This document shows positions 1 through 8,014 of a stretch of 32,087 bases of DNA, piece after piece. The DNA is from Bacillota bacterium (lineage in GTDB: Bacteria > Bacillota > Sulfobacillia > JAJZYS01 > JAJYTV01): NCBI GenBank assembly GCA_021792885.1, contig JAJYTV010000001.1, positions 1 through 32,087 on the forward strand, in the 5' to 3' direction. The notes under the pieces are model-generated. The model did not search any database. It was not told where the DNA came from and saw only the letters and a list, made by a program, of their open reading frames with translations. A program made the position numbers and the translations under genes. Numbering within the stretch: position 1 is the stretch's first letter; each line of letters starts with the position of its first letter.

Positions 1-199
1 ACGCCCCCTCGAAAGCCTTGCCCGCCATGCACTTCGACAGCGGTTGGTCCGTTCCCCGCACTTTGTCTACCCGCAGAACCTTCTGGTCAGCGACGCGTGA
101 CGCGGGGGCAGTGACCCGGAGACAGACCTGCGTGCCGAATCAAGCATGGGTGGTGTCAACAGTTGCCTGATTTGCTGGACAAACCCAGACATCGGTTGT

Positions 200-470
200 T
201 CGTGCCGCCCCAGTGCCGACTTGCGCCGGTTGTTCTCGGGACCCGCTTGCGCGGGTGCCGGCCATCCTCACGCATGAGCCGTGGCCGGCGAACCACTGGG
301 AGTCGCCCCATGCCTCTCGCGGCAAGCCGCTTGCGCACTCGCACGGGACCAGCAACCAGCCCCACCACCGGAAGCCTGTCGGCTTCCTCTCGGGCCTTGG
401 ACCGCCAGGGCATCCGCCATTCTGTCGTTAGCCCCGCCGACAGCCTAGCCGGCTGCCGGGACCTGTTCAG
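200..470 (-). ncRNA. Candidate TnpB guide RNA (omega/reRNA) scaffold, overlapping and following the tnpB 3' end
   Basis: The non-coding tail downstream of the tnpB stop (445-447) holds five stem-loops: 241-256 (acccgc/gcgggt), 257-289 (gccggcca/tggccggc with an inner ctca/tgag stem), 322-334, 370-387 (ggaagcc tgtc ggcttcc) and 422-444 (ctgtcg/cgacag). In known TnpB elements the guide RNA sits in this position. The ends are not defined. Confidence 0.35.
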
Positions 471-1995
471 GATTCACGGCTGCGCCGCCGTTTCCGGCGC
501 GCCTTGGTTCGGCCGCCTTGCGCTCAGCCGCCGTGGGATAGCGGAAGGTGCGATCCCATTTCAGCTTGAGATTCAGAGCGGCGGCCACGTTCGCATCGCC
601 CGACCAGGCACAGTGCCCGCAGTGCAGCCGGCTGGGATAGCCGACTCCGCTTGGCGAGAGTCTCTCGGCCAAGCGGTGACACGCCGGGCATGCTTGACTG
701 GTCCAGGCAGGATTCCGCTCGACGACCAGGATCCCTTCGCGCAAGGCCAGATCACGCACATGCCTCAGGACCTGCCCCCGCAGCCAGTAGGAGCGCTTGC
801 GGTTCGTCCTTCGACTCCAGGAAAGGCCCCGCTCTGGACGGTACGGGCGCAGGTGCTCGAAGACGAGGACTTGCAGCCCGAGGGTTACCGCCCAGGCGAC
901 GATGCGCGCGGCGATCTGCCAGGCCAGGGAGGCGTCGAGATTGCGGACGTACGCCCAGAGCGCGCGGTTCGAGCGCTCGCCCTTGACCGGGGTTCCCGAC
1001 GCCTTCTGCTTGCGCGCGACCTTGCGTAGCGTACGTTCGCGCTTTGCGTTTTCCTGCGCGTGCCAGACCGTCTCGACGCCTATGCAGCGCTCGCCCTCCC
1101 AGGCCGCAGCCACGGCCGAGTCGGCGTTGAGATCGATCGTGCCTACCTTGAGGGTTGGCTCCTTGAGCCGCCGCTCCTCCGCCTTGCCCTTGACCTCGAC
1201 GCGCTTCTCGAAGGGCACGTGCAGGTAGAAGCCATCCGGCTTCGCGACCAGCGTCGGCGACTGCGCGACCCAGACGCCGGGGGACGCGCGCAGGCGCTCC
1301 TTCTCCTCGCTCGTGCGACGCTCCCTGCGCTCATCAGCCATGCGAGCGTTCTGCCCTGCCCGCTCTGCGGCGATGCGCGCCTGCTCCGCCTCCGACCGGG
1401 TAAAAAGGTCCAACGCGTAGGGAGGCATCTGCAAAGGCACGTCGATCCAACGCCAGCGACCGCCCGACAGAACTTTGAGGCAGCAGGAGCCCTTGCGCAG
1501 CCGGTCTACGTCCAGGTGGTACATGCCGCCATAGAGCGTCACGTTGGGGTGCGGGTCGGGCGGCCTCGGCTCCCTGCCGCGCGTTGCAGGGTCTGCCATC
1601 TCCCACAGCTTGTGGTTCGTGAGATGACTCGCGACGGCGCCAGAGGCCGCGTTGATCGCCGCGCGGCGCAGCGTGACGGGCATCTGGGGGCAAACCTCGC
1701 TGAAGTCGTGGAGTACCGTGGGGTGATCCTCCGTGCGCACGGTCACGCGCTCAGCCCAAGTGAGCAGGTCCTTCCCGGTCCAGGAGACCTCGCGCTCCTC
1801 GCCCCTGCGCGCCCTGACGGTTTTCTTCTCCTCGTAGACGTCGGGGTGTTCGAGGAACAGATCCGTGTAAAAACGTATGGCCTTGGCCCATTCGACCTGC
1901 GTGCTCGCGATCGCCCGGATCGCGAGGGGGTCCGCACCCTCGGCGATGCGCAGGCGGACGGTGCGGGTGACGCCGACGAGAATCGGATCAGGCAT
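445..1995 (-). CDS. tnpB: IS200/IS605-IS607 family TnpB (OrfB), RuvC-type RNA-guided endonuclease family
   Basis: 516-aa ORF with a visible RuvC-like triad: TIDLNADS, LVFEHLRPY and SGDANVAAALNL. A CPACH...CGHC zinc finger lies between the second and third motifs. The ATG overlaps the tnpA stop by 8 nt (1988-1995). Confidence 0.9.
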   Translation of the reverse strand: MPDPILVGVTRTVRLRIAEGADPLAIRAIASTQVEWAKAIRFYTDLFLEHPDVYEEKKTVRARRGEEREVSWTGKDLLTWAERVTVRTEDHPTVLHDFSEVCPQMPVTLRRAAINAASGAVASHLTNHKLWEMADPATRGREPRPPDPHPNVTLYGGMYHLDVDRLRKGSCCLKVLSGGRWRWIDVPLQMPPYALDLFTRSEAEQARIAAERAGQNARMADERRERRTSEEKERLRASPGVWVAQSPTLVAKPDGFYLHVPFEKRVEVKGKAEERRLKEPTLKVGTIDLNADSAVAAAWEGERCIGVETVWHAQENAKRERTLRKVARKQKASGTPVKGERSNRALWAYVRNLDASLAWQIAARIVAWAVTLGLQVLVFEHLRPYRPERGLSWSRRTNRKRSYWLRGQVLRHVRDLALREGILVVERNPAWTSQACPACHRLAERLSPSGVGYPSRLHCGHCAWSGDANVAAALNLKLKWDRTFRYPTAAERKAAEPRRAGNGGAAVNPEQVPAAG

Positions 1996-2635
1996 CGCCC
2001 ATCACCTCGTCATCCAGTTCCTGCGCCGCCTCCTGGACTTTGTGGCGGAATCGCTGTGACCGCCTCCCGTAGAGCCTTGCGGCGAACACGGCGATGATCG
2101 CGAGCATGTCCTGTACAAGTTCCTGGGTCGCGTCGGTTGCGACCGGTCCATCCAAGACCTCGACGCGGACGCCGTGTGCCGCCAGCGCTTCGACAACGTA
2201 GGCGAAGCCGAAGCGCGCCAGGCGGTCCTTGAACTCAACCAGCACTACATCGATCTCGTCGGAGGCGGCCATGTGGAACAGGCGGTGCAAGCCCTTGCGC
2301 TTCTCGTTCAGTCCCGAGGCCCGTTCCGTGACGGTTGCCACCAGTTTGTAGCGCCGCTCTGCTGCCGCCGCGACCAATCGTTCGCGCTGCCGATCGAGGT
2401 TGCCAGCCTCCGCCTGCTTGCCGCTGGAGACACGAGCGTAGACGACGCAACGCGGCACCGCCCTTGCCTTTGTGTGAAGCAACGCGTCGACCTCACCTGC
2501 CGGGAATCTCCGTTGCCCCGTCGGCAGACGCACAGGATGCAACCGCCCCGCCTTCTCCCAGCGGTAGACGGTACGTACAGTCATGCCAAGACGCTCGGCG
2601 ACCTGCCCGGTGGAGAGCATTTGTTCGTGGTTCAT
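1988..2635 (-). CDS. tnpA: IS607-family serine recombinase transposase TnpA
   Basis: 215 aa. An N-terminal MerR-type HTH (LSTGQVAERLGMTVRTVYRWEKAGRL) is followed by a serine-recombinase core (VVYARVSSGKQ...NLDRQRERL). This is the IS607 TnpA architecture. Confidence 0.9.
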   Translation of the reverse strand: MNHEQMLSTGQVAERLGMTVRTVYRWEKAGRLHPVRLPTGQRRFPAGEVDALLHTKARAVPRCVVYARVSSGKQAEAGNLDRQRERLVAAAAERRYKLVATVTERASGLNEKRKGLHRLFHMAASDEIDVVLVEFKDRLARFGFAYVVEALAAHGVRVEVLDGPVATDATQELVQDMLAIIAVFAARLYGRRSQRFRHKVQEAAQELDDEVMGDA

Positions 2636-2858
2636 ATTCCCATCGTGGGATGTCCGTCATCCCTTGTCAAGGGGTGTCAGGGACTCAGGGCGGCTCCACG
2701 CTACGGCCAGAACGTGAAGATGGGGTTGCGCCGGCACGGAGGTTTCGTTGCGCCAGCGCAACATGGCGTTAACGCAATCAACACGCAACGGCAATCGGTG
2801 GATGCGACGGTCCAGGGGGGAGGGGAGTACGTCCTGCCCCAGCGAAGGAGGAGACCGC

Positions 2859-4241
2859 ATGGCCCAACGCAGTGGTTCGGTGACCGGGGCGCTCAACGAT
2901 GCGCCACTGAGCCTGTTCCATTTGAGAACAGTGCTGACCGCCGGGATGGGCTTCTTCACGGACGCCTATGATCTCTTCATCATCAGCGCGGCCGTCACGC
3001 TGATCAAGGTGCAGTGGGCGCCGAGCGCGACGATGCTCGGCCTGCTCTCGAGCACGGCACTGATCGCGGCCTTCGTCGGCGCCTTCCTGTTCGGGCGCAT
3101 CGCGGACGTCTTCGGCCGCAAGTCGATCTACGGCCTCGAAGCGGCCATCATGGCCGGTGGTGCGATCGCGTCTGCGTTCGCGCCGAACATCCTCTGGCTG
3201 ATCATCTTCCGTTTCATCCTCGGCGTCGGGATCGGCGGGGACTACCCGGTCTCGGCGGTCTTGATGAGTGAGTACTCGAACCGCAAGGACCGGGGCAAGC
3301 TCGTGGGCCTCGTCTTCTCCATGCAGGCGCTCGGCCTTGTCGCGGGCCCGATCGTCGCGATGACCCTGCTCGCGTCGGGCGTGCCCGGCGACGTCGCCTG
3401 GCGCCTGATGCTCGGCCTCGGTGCGTTGCCCGCGCTCGCGGTCATCTACCTGCGCCGGACCCTGCCGGAGTCCCCGCGCTACATCGCCCGCGTCCGCGGC
3501 AAGGCACAAGACGCGTCCCGCGCGGTACGCGAGTACACGGGCGGACAGGTCGTGGCCGCGGTGGACGCCGAGCCGAAGGTGCGCCTCTCCTTCTGGCAGT
3601 TCCTGCGCGACAAGCGCTACCTGCGCCTCCTGCTCGGCACCGCCGGCACCTGGTTCGTCTTCGACTACGCCTACTACGGCAACTCCATCTCGACGCCGCT
3701 GATCATCAAGGCGGTGGCACCGGCTGCGACTTCGCTCGAGACGATGGCGTGGACCCTGATCATCTTCTCCGTGGCGGCGGTCCCAGGCTACCTCCTCGCG
3801 TTCCTCAAGCTCGACGACATCGGCCACAAGCGCCTGCAGTGGATCGGGTTCACGCTGATGGGCCTCGCCTTCCTGGCCCTCGGCGTGATCCCGGGCATCA
3901 CGTCGATGCTGATCCCCTTCCTCGTGATCTACGGCGTCAGCTACTTCTTCGCGGAGTTCGGACCGAACACGACGACCTTCGTGCTGAGCGCCGAGCTCTA
4001 CCCCGTGAACATGCGCACGACCGGCCACGGCCTCTCGGCCGGCATCGCCAAGGTGGGCGCGTTCATCGGGGTGTTCGTCTTCCCGATCCTCAGCGCCGCC
4101 TTCGGCGTCGCGGGGACGCTGCGCATCACCTTCGTCTTCGCGATGGTCGGCGTCCTGCTGACGATGCTCCTGCCGGAGCCGGCGAAGCAGGACCTCGAGG
4201 CGGTCTCCTACGAGGAGAACCTGGTCGCGCAGGAAGCCTGA
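2859..4241 (+). CDS. MFS transporter, Pho84/PHS-like phosphate:H+ symporter type
   Basis: I moved the start to ATG 2859, behind GAAGGAGGAG (2844-2853). The protein is multi-TM and hydrophobic. Motifs GRIADVFGRK and GGDYPVSAVLMSEYSNRKDRGKLVGLVFSMQALG resemble the Pho84-type signature GGDYPLS...SEF...RG. Confidence 0.85.
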   Translation: MAQRSGSVTGALNDAPLSLFHLRTVLTAGMGFFTDAYDLFIISAAVTLIKVQWAPSATMLGLLSSTALIAAFVGAFLFGRIADVFGRKSIYGLEAAIMAGGAIASAFAPNILWLIIFRFILGVGIGGDYPVSAVLMSEYSNRKDRGKLVGLVFSMQALGLVAGPIVAMTLLASGVPGDVAWRLMLGLGALPALAVIYLRRTLPESPRYIARVRGKAQDASRAVREYTGGQVVAAVDAEPKVRLSFWQFLRDKRYLRLLLGTAGTWFVFDYAYYGNSISTPLIIKAVAPAATSLETMAWTLIIFSVAAVPGYLLAFLKLDDIGHKRLQWIGFTLMGLAFLALGVIPGITSMLIPFLVIYGVSYFFAEFGPNTTTFVLSAELYPVNMRTTGHGLSAGIAKVGAFIGVFVFPILSAAFGVAGTLRITFVFAMVGVLLTMLLPEPAKQDLEAVSYEENLVAQEA

Positions 4242-4267
4242 CAGGACCATCCCAAAACGGGTCCACA

Positions 4268-4309
4268 GACGAGGCGAGGGGCTGTCCCAGTGCAGACCCT
4301 CGCCTCGTC
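4268..4309. terminator. Bidirectional stem-loop between convergent genes
   Basis: 13-bp perfect stem, gacgaggcgaggg / ccctcgcctcgtc, with a 16-nt loop. It lies between the MFS stop (4241) and the MerR stop (4316). Confidence 0.6.
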
Positions 4310-4315
4310 ACCCTG

Positions 4316-5068
4316 CTACTCTTCCGCCTCGAGCTTGTCGCAGTAGGCGTGGACCGCCTGCCGCATGAACTGCGAGAGACCCGGGCGGAGCTTCTCGTAG
4401 GTTCTCTTGAAGCGCTCGTCCGCCACCGCGAGATCCCCGAGCCCGCGGTACATCTGCGGCGGGCAGGCGTAGAAGCGCTCGCTGATGAAGCGGTGCATCC
4501 GCCCGATCTCCGCGAGCACCGCGGGATCGTCCGCAGGCCGGTCGGCGAGCGCCGCGATGGCCTGCAGGATCGCGGTCTGTTCGGTGAAGACGGCGTCCCA
4601 GTCTCCGGCCGTGTAGTCCTTCGTCCGCTCCCTCGATTCCTTGTAGGCTGCGGTCTCGCCCCAGCGCTGGCGCACTTCCTCCTCGTACTCGGCGGCGCTG
4701 AAGCCGTCGAACATCACGTTGCCCTCCATCGGCACACCCTCCTCCATGCTCTGCAGCGTGCGTTCCACCGCCGCGATCAGGCGTCCCAGGCGATCCCTGC
4801 GCCGGGAGAGCAGATCCCGGTGGTCCAAAAGCGCCTGGCGGCGGTCGAAGCCGGGCCGGTCGAGGACCTCCTTGATCTCCTCGAGGCCGAGCCCGAGTTC
4901 CTTGAAGAAGAGCACCTGCTGCAGGCGCTCGAGATCGCGCTGGCTGTAGACCCGGTACCCGCCTTCGGTCCGCCCGCCGGGGCGCACGAGTCCGATCGCG
5001 TCGTAGTGGTGTAGCGTCCGGACGCTGACGCCCGCGAGCTCCGCCACCGCCTTGACCGTCTGGGCCAC
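4316..5068 (-). CDS. MerR-family transcriptional regulator, TipA/Mta-like (N-terminal HTH plus TipAS-type C-terminal domain)
   Basis: TVKAVAELAGVSVRTLHHYDAIGLVRPGGRTEGGYRVYSQRDLERLQQVLFFKELGLGLEEIKEVL. I chose the GTG start at 5068 because it follows GGAAGGAGGA with a 6-nt spacer. The track start at 5134 lies inside the predicted promoter. Confidence 0.85.
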   Translation of the reverse strand: MAQTVKAVAELAGVSVRTLHHYDAIGLVRPGGRTEGGYRVYSQRDLERLQQVLFFKELGLGLEEIKEVLDRPGFDRRQALLDHRDLLSRRRDRLGRLIAAVERTLQSMEEGVPMEGNVMFDGFSAAEYEEEVRQRWGETAAYKESRERTKDYTAGDWDAVFTEQTAILQAIAALADRPADDPAVLAEIGRMHRFISERFYACPPQMYRGLGDLAVADERFKRTYEKLRPGLSQFMRQAVHAYCDKLEAEE

Positions 5069-5103
5069 GCAGATCCTCCTTCCTCTCGGGCGCCTTGCCA
5101 CGC

Positions 5104-5134
5104 ACACTACACCCTGACGTTGCGTGAGGGTCAA
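5104..5134 (-). promoter_or_regulatory. MerR-type promoter/operator with a 19-bp spacer
   Basis: On the minus strand: TTGACC (5134-5129), 19 nt, TAGTGT (5109-5104). The spacer carries the imperfect palindrome ACCCTCACG-CAA-CGTCAGGGT (5111-5131). An over-long spacer with a dyad is the hallmark of MerR/TipA-regulated promoters. Confidence 0.5.
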
Positions 5135-5159
5135 GGGGCACCGCGCCCATGCAGACAGC

Positions 5160-5191
5160 GCGGGCCCGCTCCCTTCCGGGAACGGGCCCGC
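5160..5191 (-). terminator. Stem-loop downstream of hypothetical gene 5203-5517
   Basis: gcgggcccg(c)tccc ttcc ggga(a)cgggcccgc, about 13 bp with one mismatch. No clear U-tract. Confidence 0.4.
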
Positions 5192-5202
5192 GGTCGAGTT
5201 GG

Positions 5203-5517
5203 TCAGCGCGGCACGGCTGCGAGTGCTTCCTTGTAGCGCAGGATCAGCTGCGCCGAGAAGTCGGCGATCCGCGGGCCGGGGTCGTCGGCCTCCACGGCGG
5301 GGACGGCGAATGCAAGTTCGCCGAAGGCGGCGCGGAAGGAATCGGTCGACTCGCTGCAGGGGCGCACGCCGAGCGTACAGGCGGCGTCCTCGTGGTCGGA
5401 GGGCTGGATCGTCAAGGTCAGGGCGGAGATGTCGAGGTCCTGCTCGTTGAGACGGTGCTGCAGCTTGTAGAACACTGCGGGGTACCTCGTCAACAGAAGG
5501 TTCCTACGCTCATGCAT
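5203..5517 (-). CDS. Hypothetical protein (104 aa)
   Basis: ATG 5517 follows GGAGGTG (5532-5526). Codons end mostly in G/C in this frame. I recognise no family (MHERRNLLLTRYPAVFYKLQHRLNEQDLDISALTLTIQPSDHEDAAC...). Confidence 0.55.
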   Translation of the reverse strand: MHERRNLLLTRYPAVFYKLQHRLNEQDLDISALTLTIQPSDHEDAACTLGVRPCSESTDSFRAAFGELAFAVPAVEADDPGPRIADFSAQLILRYKEALAAVPR

Positions 5518-5923
5518 CGGCGCTGCACCTCCGCGTGAGGGGTTCTTTCCTGCCATGCGGCTTCCTGCAAGAACCTCCCGCAAAGAAATCCTGGTTTCGC
5601 AGCACCTCCTGCGGCGTTCGGAGGCGGCGCTGCGGGAGCGACGCCTCCTTCATCTCGGAGAGCTTGCCGACGCGGCGAGCAGCATCGAAAGCAGCGCTCT
5701 CGGAGGGCACCGCGTGGCGCGGCGCGCGCGGCTGGACCGCGCTCTCCCACACGAAGGTCGAGCGGTCGGCGACGAGCGCTCCGATGGCGGAGCTGCGTGA
5801 GGCGAGCAGGCCGGAGAGGCACGTGAGGGCCACGGCGAGCGTGGCGCTGCGCCACGAAGTCCAGTGCGGACATGACCGCGTCAGCATGCCGCGTCTGGCG
5901 CGTCCTGCGGCAGGCAGGCGCAC
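5510..5923 (-). CDS. Possible hypothetical protein; start uncertain
   Basis: Its TGA (5512-5510) lies inside ATGCATGAG, the start of the downstream ORF, giving an 8-nt overlap. My GC by codon position over 5641-5820 is 70/60/88% for positions 1/2/3 in this minus frame. That slightly favours it over the plus-strand shadow frame, which shares the same third positions. No recognised family. Confidence 0.3.
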   Translation of the reverse strand: MRLPAAGRARRGMLTRSCPHWTSWRSATLAVALTCLSGLLASRSSAIGALVADRSTFVWESAVQPRAPRHAVPSESAAFDAARRVGKLSEMKEASLPQRRLRTPQEVLRNQDFFAGGSCRKPHGRKEPLTRRCSADA

Positions 5924-5960
5924 GCCGGTCGCGCGGCGAAGCAGGCCGCGGGGTGATCGG

Positions 5961-6533
5961 GTGGAACGCTGTGGCTGGGCGACCCTGTCCGACCCGCTGT
6001 ATCTTCACTACCACGACCGCGAATGGGGCGTTCCGCTGCGCGACGAGCGCAGGCTCTTTGAACTGCTCTGCCTCGAGGGTGCGCAGGCCGGGCTCTCCTG
6101 GCGGACGATCCTGCACCGGCGCGAGGGCTACCGGCGCGCCTTCCTCGGCTTCGACCCGGAGCGCATCGCAGATCTTTCGGACGAGGACCTCTCGCGCCTG
6201 CGCGAGGACCCGGGCATCGTGCGCAACCGCCAGAAGATCCTCTCCGTACGGTCGAACGCGCAGGCGCTCTGCGCCATGCGCGCGCGCGGCGAGGACTTTG
6301 CGGAATTCCTCTGGTCTTTCGTCGGAGGCAGCCCCGAAGTGCATCACTACGCAGCACTCTCGGAGGTTCCGGCGCGCACCGCCGCCTCCGACGCGCTCAG
6401 CCGCGCGCTGCGGGAACGGGGCTTCTCCTTCGTCGGCAGCACGATCTGCTACGCCTTCATGGAGGCGGCCGGACTCGTGATGGATCATCTCGTCGGCTGT
6501 TACCGCTACGGGGAACTCGTCGGCGGGCAGTGA
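5961..6533 (+). CDS. tag: DNA-3-methyladenine glycosylase I
   Basis: VERCGWATLSDPLYLHYHDREWGVPLRDERRLFELLCLEGAQAGLSWRTIL... is collinear with E. coli Tag (MERCGW...YHDNEWGVP). I chose GTG 5961 by homology; ATG 5886 is an alternative. The track start at 5535 would add an implausible N-terminal extension of about 140 aa. Confidence 0.85.
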   Translation: MERCGWATLSDPLYLHYHDREWGVPLRDERRLFELLCLEGAQAGLSWRTILHRREGYRRAFLGFDPERIADLSDEDLSRLREDPGIVRNRQKILSVRSNAQALCAMRARGEDFAEFLWSFVGGSPEVHHYAALSEVPARTAASDALSRALRERGFSFVGSTICYAFMEAAGLVMDHLVGCYRYGELVGGQ

Positions 6534-6536
6534 ACG

Positions 6537-6580
6537 CAGGCAGGAGGGCCGTCCCCGCGCGGGGACGGCCCTCCTGCCTG
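6537..6580. terminator. Bidirectional terminator hairpin
   Basis: Perfect 20-bp stem, caggcaggagggccgtcccc / ggggacggccctcctgcctg, with loop gcgc. It lies between the convergent tag stop (6533) and the DsbA-like stop (6585). Confidence 0.7.
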
Positions 6581-6584
6581 TCGG

Positions 6585-7226
6585 CTAGGGCTTGGGATTC
6601 GCGGCGTTGAAGGCGAGGAAGCGCTCCTCGTCGCGCAGCATCGCCTCGCAAAGGGCGGCCATCGGCTCGTAGGCCCAGATGCCGGAGAGGAGGGCCCTGT
6701 CCGGGATCGCGTTCTCGAACACGAGCACCGGCCGTTCGCCGACGCCCAGCGCGAGCATCTCGGCGGTGGTGCGTAGCGCCTCCTCGCGCACCTTGGGGTC
6801 CTTGAGCGCCGTCGCGAGGCGCGCGCGCGGCAGGCCCGCGGCCCCGGCCGCAACCTCCACCGCGATCTCGGTGCGCCAGACCTCGCGTCCCTCGACCATC
6901 GCGGCGTCCATCAGGGCGCGCGGGACGGACCGGTCCTCCTTGCCGAGGCTGCGCGCGGCCACGGCGGCGAGGTTCGCCGCGAGGGTGCCGGTCTCGGGCC
7001 CTCCGAGCCAGCCGGGATTCAGCGCGGCTCCGGTGAGGTGCGCGCCGCGCCGGTAGTAGAACGCCTCCTCGGCCTGGCCGTAGCCGAGCGGCGCCTCGCC
7101 GCGGATCAGCGAGATCCGCCAGTCGAAGTCGATGCGCTTGCCGTATTCGGCGAGCAGGCGGTCGACCGAGCGGTCCGCGTAGAGGCACCAGAGGGACAGC
7201 ACGTCGAGGTACATCGTGACTTTCAT
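6585..7226 (-). CDS. DsbA-family thioredoxin-fold protein (SxxC variant)
   Basis: 213 aa. MYLDVLSLWCLYA sits at the position of the DsbA/FrnE CxxC motif, with Ser replacing the first Cys. Length and overall pattern fit the DSBA-like family. No obvious SD sequence. Confidence 0.6.
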   Translation of the reverse strand: MKVTMYLDVLSLWCLYADRSVDRLLAEYGKRIDFDWRISLIRGEAPLGYGQAEEAFYYRRGAHLTGAALNPGWLGGPETGTLAANLAAVAARSLGKEDRSVPRALMDAAMVEGREVWRTEIAVEVAAGAAGLPRARLATALKDPKVREEALRTTAEMLALGVGERPVLVFENAIPDRALLSGIWAYEPMAALCEAMLRDEERFLAFNAANPKP

Positions 7227-7304
7227 GGGAAGAGAGTACGGAAGTGCGGTAGCGAAGACAAGGCTTGACGTTTGCGCGGTGCAAGGCTAGGTGCAGCAGG
7301 CCCC

Positions 7305-7913
7305 TCAGTGCGCGCGCAGCCACTCCCCGACGCCGCCTAGGTGCGCGCGGTAGACCCATCTGGTCGTGGACTCGCCCGTCGGCGCCTTGGCGGCGCCCGG
7401 CCCGGTCGGCGACACGAGCGTCACGCCCTGCGGCGTGAGCTGCGCGAACCCCTGCAGCTCGGACGTGACGAGCAGCCCCCCGACCGGGTGGACGAAGGCG
7501 ACCGGCTCGAACGCGTGCAGGCTGGGATCGTAGGTCGCCGCGCTCAGCGGATAGCCCCAGACGCTGCCGCCGGCCGCCTCAAAGAGCAGCACGGGCAGGT
7601 GGCGGGCGCCGAAGAAGGCGACGGCGAGCGCGTGCACGCCCGTGCGGCGAAGGAGCGTGCGGCCGCCTGAGAGCACCTGCACCGTCGCGCCCGAGACGCC
7701 CTGCGTCACGAGGAGCTGGTCGCGCGAGTGGGACCCGCTCAGGGCGATCGTCCGGGAGGAGGATGCCGCGATCTTCGGGAATGTGGGGAAGAGGCTGGAA
7801 GCGACCGCGAGAGCCGGCGGCGGGGTGGGCGCCTGCGGCGCGCCGCTCCCGCATCCCGCGAGCAGCGGCATGAGAAGGGCGATCCAGCCGAGGCGCAGGC
7901 CGCGTGCGCGCAT
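7305..7913 (-). CDS. Lipoprotein of unknown function
   Basis: ATG 7913 follows AGGAGG with a 4-nt spacer. Signal peptide with lipobox: MRARGLRLGWIALLMPLLAGC. The rest of the 369-aa track ORF upstream is Arg/Pro-rich shadow. Confidence 0.6.
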   Translation of the reverse strand: MRARGLRLGWIALLMPLLAGCGSGAPQAPTPPPALAVASSLFPTFPKIAASSSRTIALSGSHSRDQLLVTQGVSGATVQVLSGGRTLLRRTGVHALAVAFFGARHLPVLLFEAAGGSVWGYPLSAATYDPSLHAFEPVAFVHPVGGLLVTSELQGFAQLTPQGVTLVSPTGPGAAKAPTGESTTRWVYRAHLGGVGEWLRAH

Positions 7914-8014
7914 AGAGCCTCCTAGGATCGTGACGTGATGTGTTGGGCTTCGCCGCGCGCAGGCGGGGAACCTTGCGGCGGCGGGGACAATCGCTTCGGA
8001 AGGGAGTGGCCGCG

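Larger units (their letters stand above)
221..2734 (-). mobile_element. IS607-family insertion sequence (tnpA + tnpB); boundaries approximate
   Basis: Overlapping tnpA/tnpB pair. Sampled lines are about 62% GC, lower than the neighbours. The 9-mer TTGCGCCGG occurs in the same orientation at 221-229 and 2726-2734. There are short direct repeats near both ends: CGGTTGTTC at 193-201 and 227-235, GTTGCGCC at 2725-2732 and 2746-2753. IS607 elements lack terminal inverted repeats, so a single copy cannot prove the ends. Confidence 0.65.

Noticed and set aside
1-140. Possible partial genes at the left edge: a plus-frame C-terminus ...VYPQNLLVSDA* ending at 100, or a minus-strand start MAGKAFEGA at 28
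   Set aside because: Both frames are open and have similar third-position GC. There is no recognisable motif or ribosome-binding site, and too little sequence to support either.
221-2734. Treating the shared 9-mer TTGCGCCGG (221-229 and 2726-2734) as proven IS ends
   Set aside because: My rough estimate is that a 9-nt identity between two roughly 200-bp windows at this GC content would arise by chance about once in two trials. I keep it only as a candidate boundary marker.
5535-5960. N-terminal extension of tag (track ORF starts at 5535)
   Set aside because: Tag proteins are about 190 aa and begin at the (M/V)ERCGW motif. GC by codon position in the extension fits the opposite strand slightly better.
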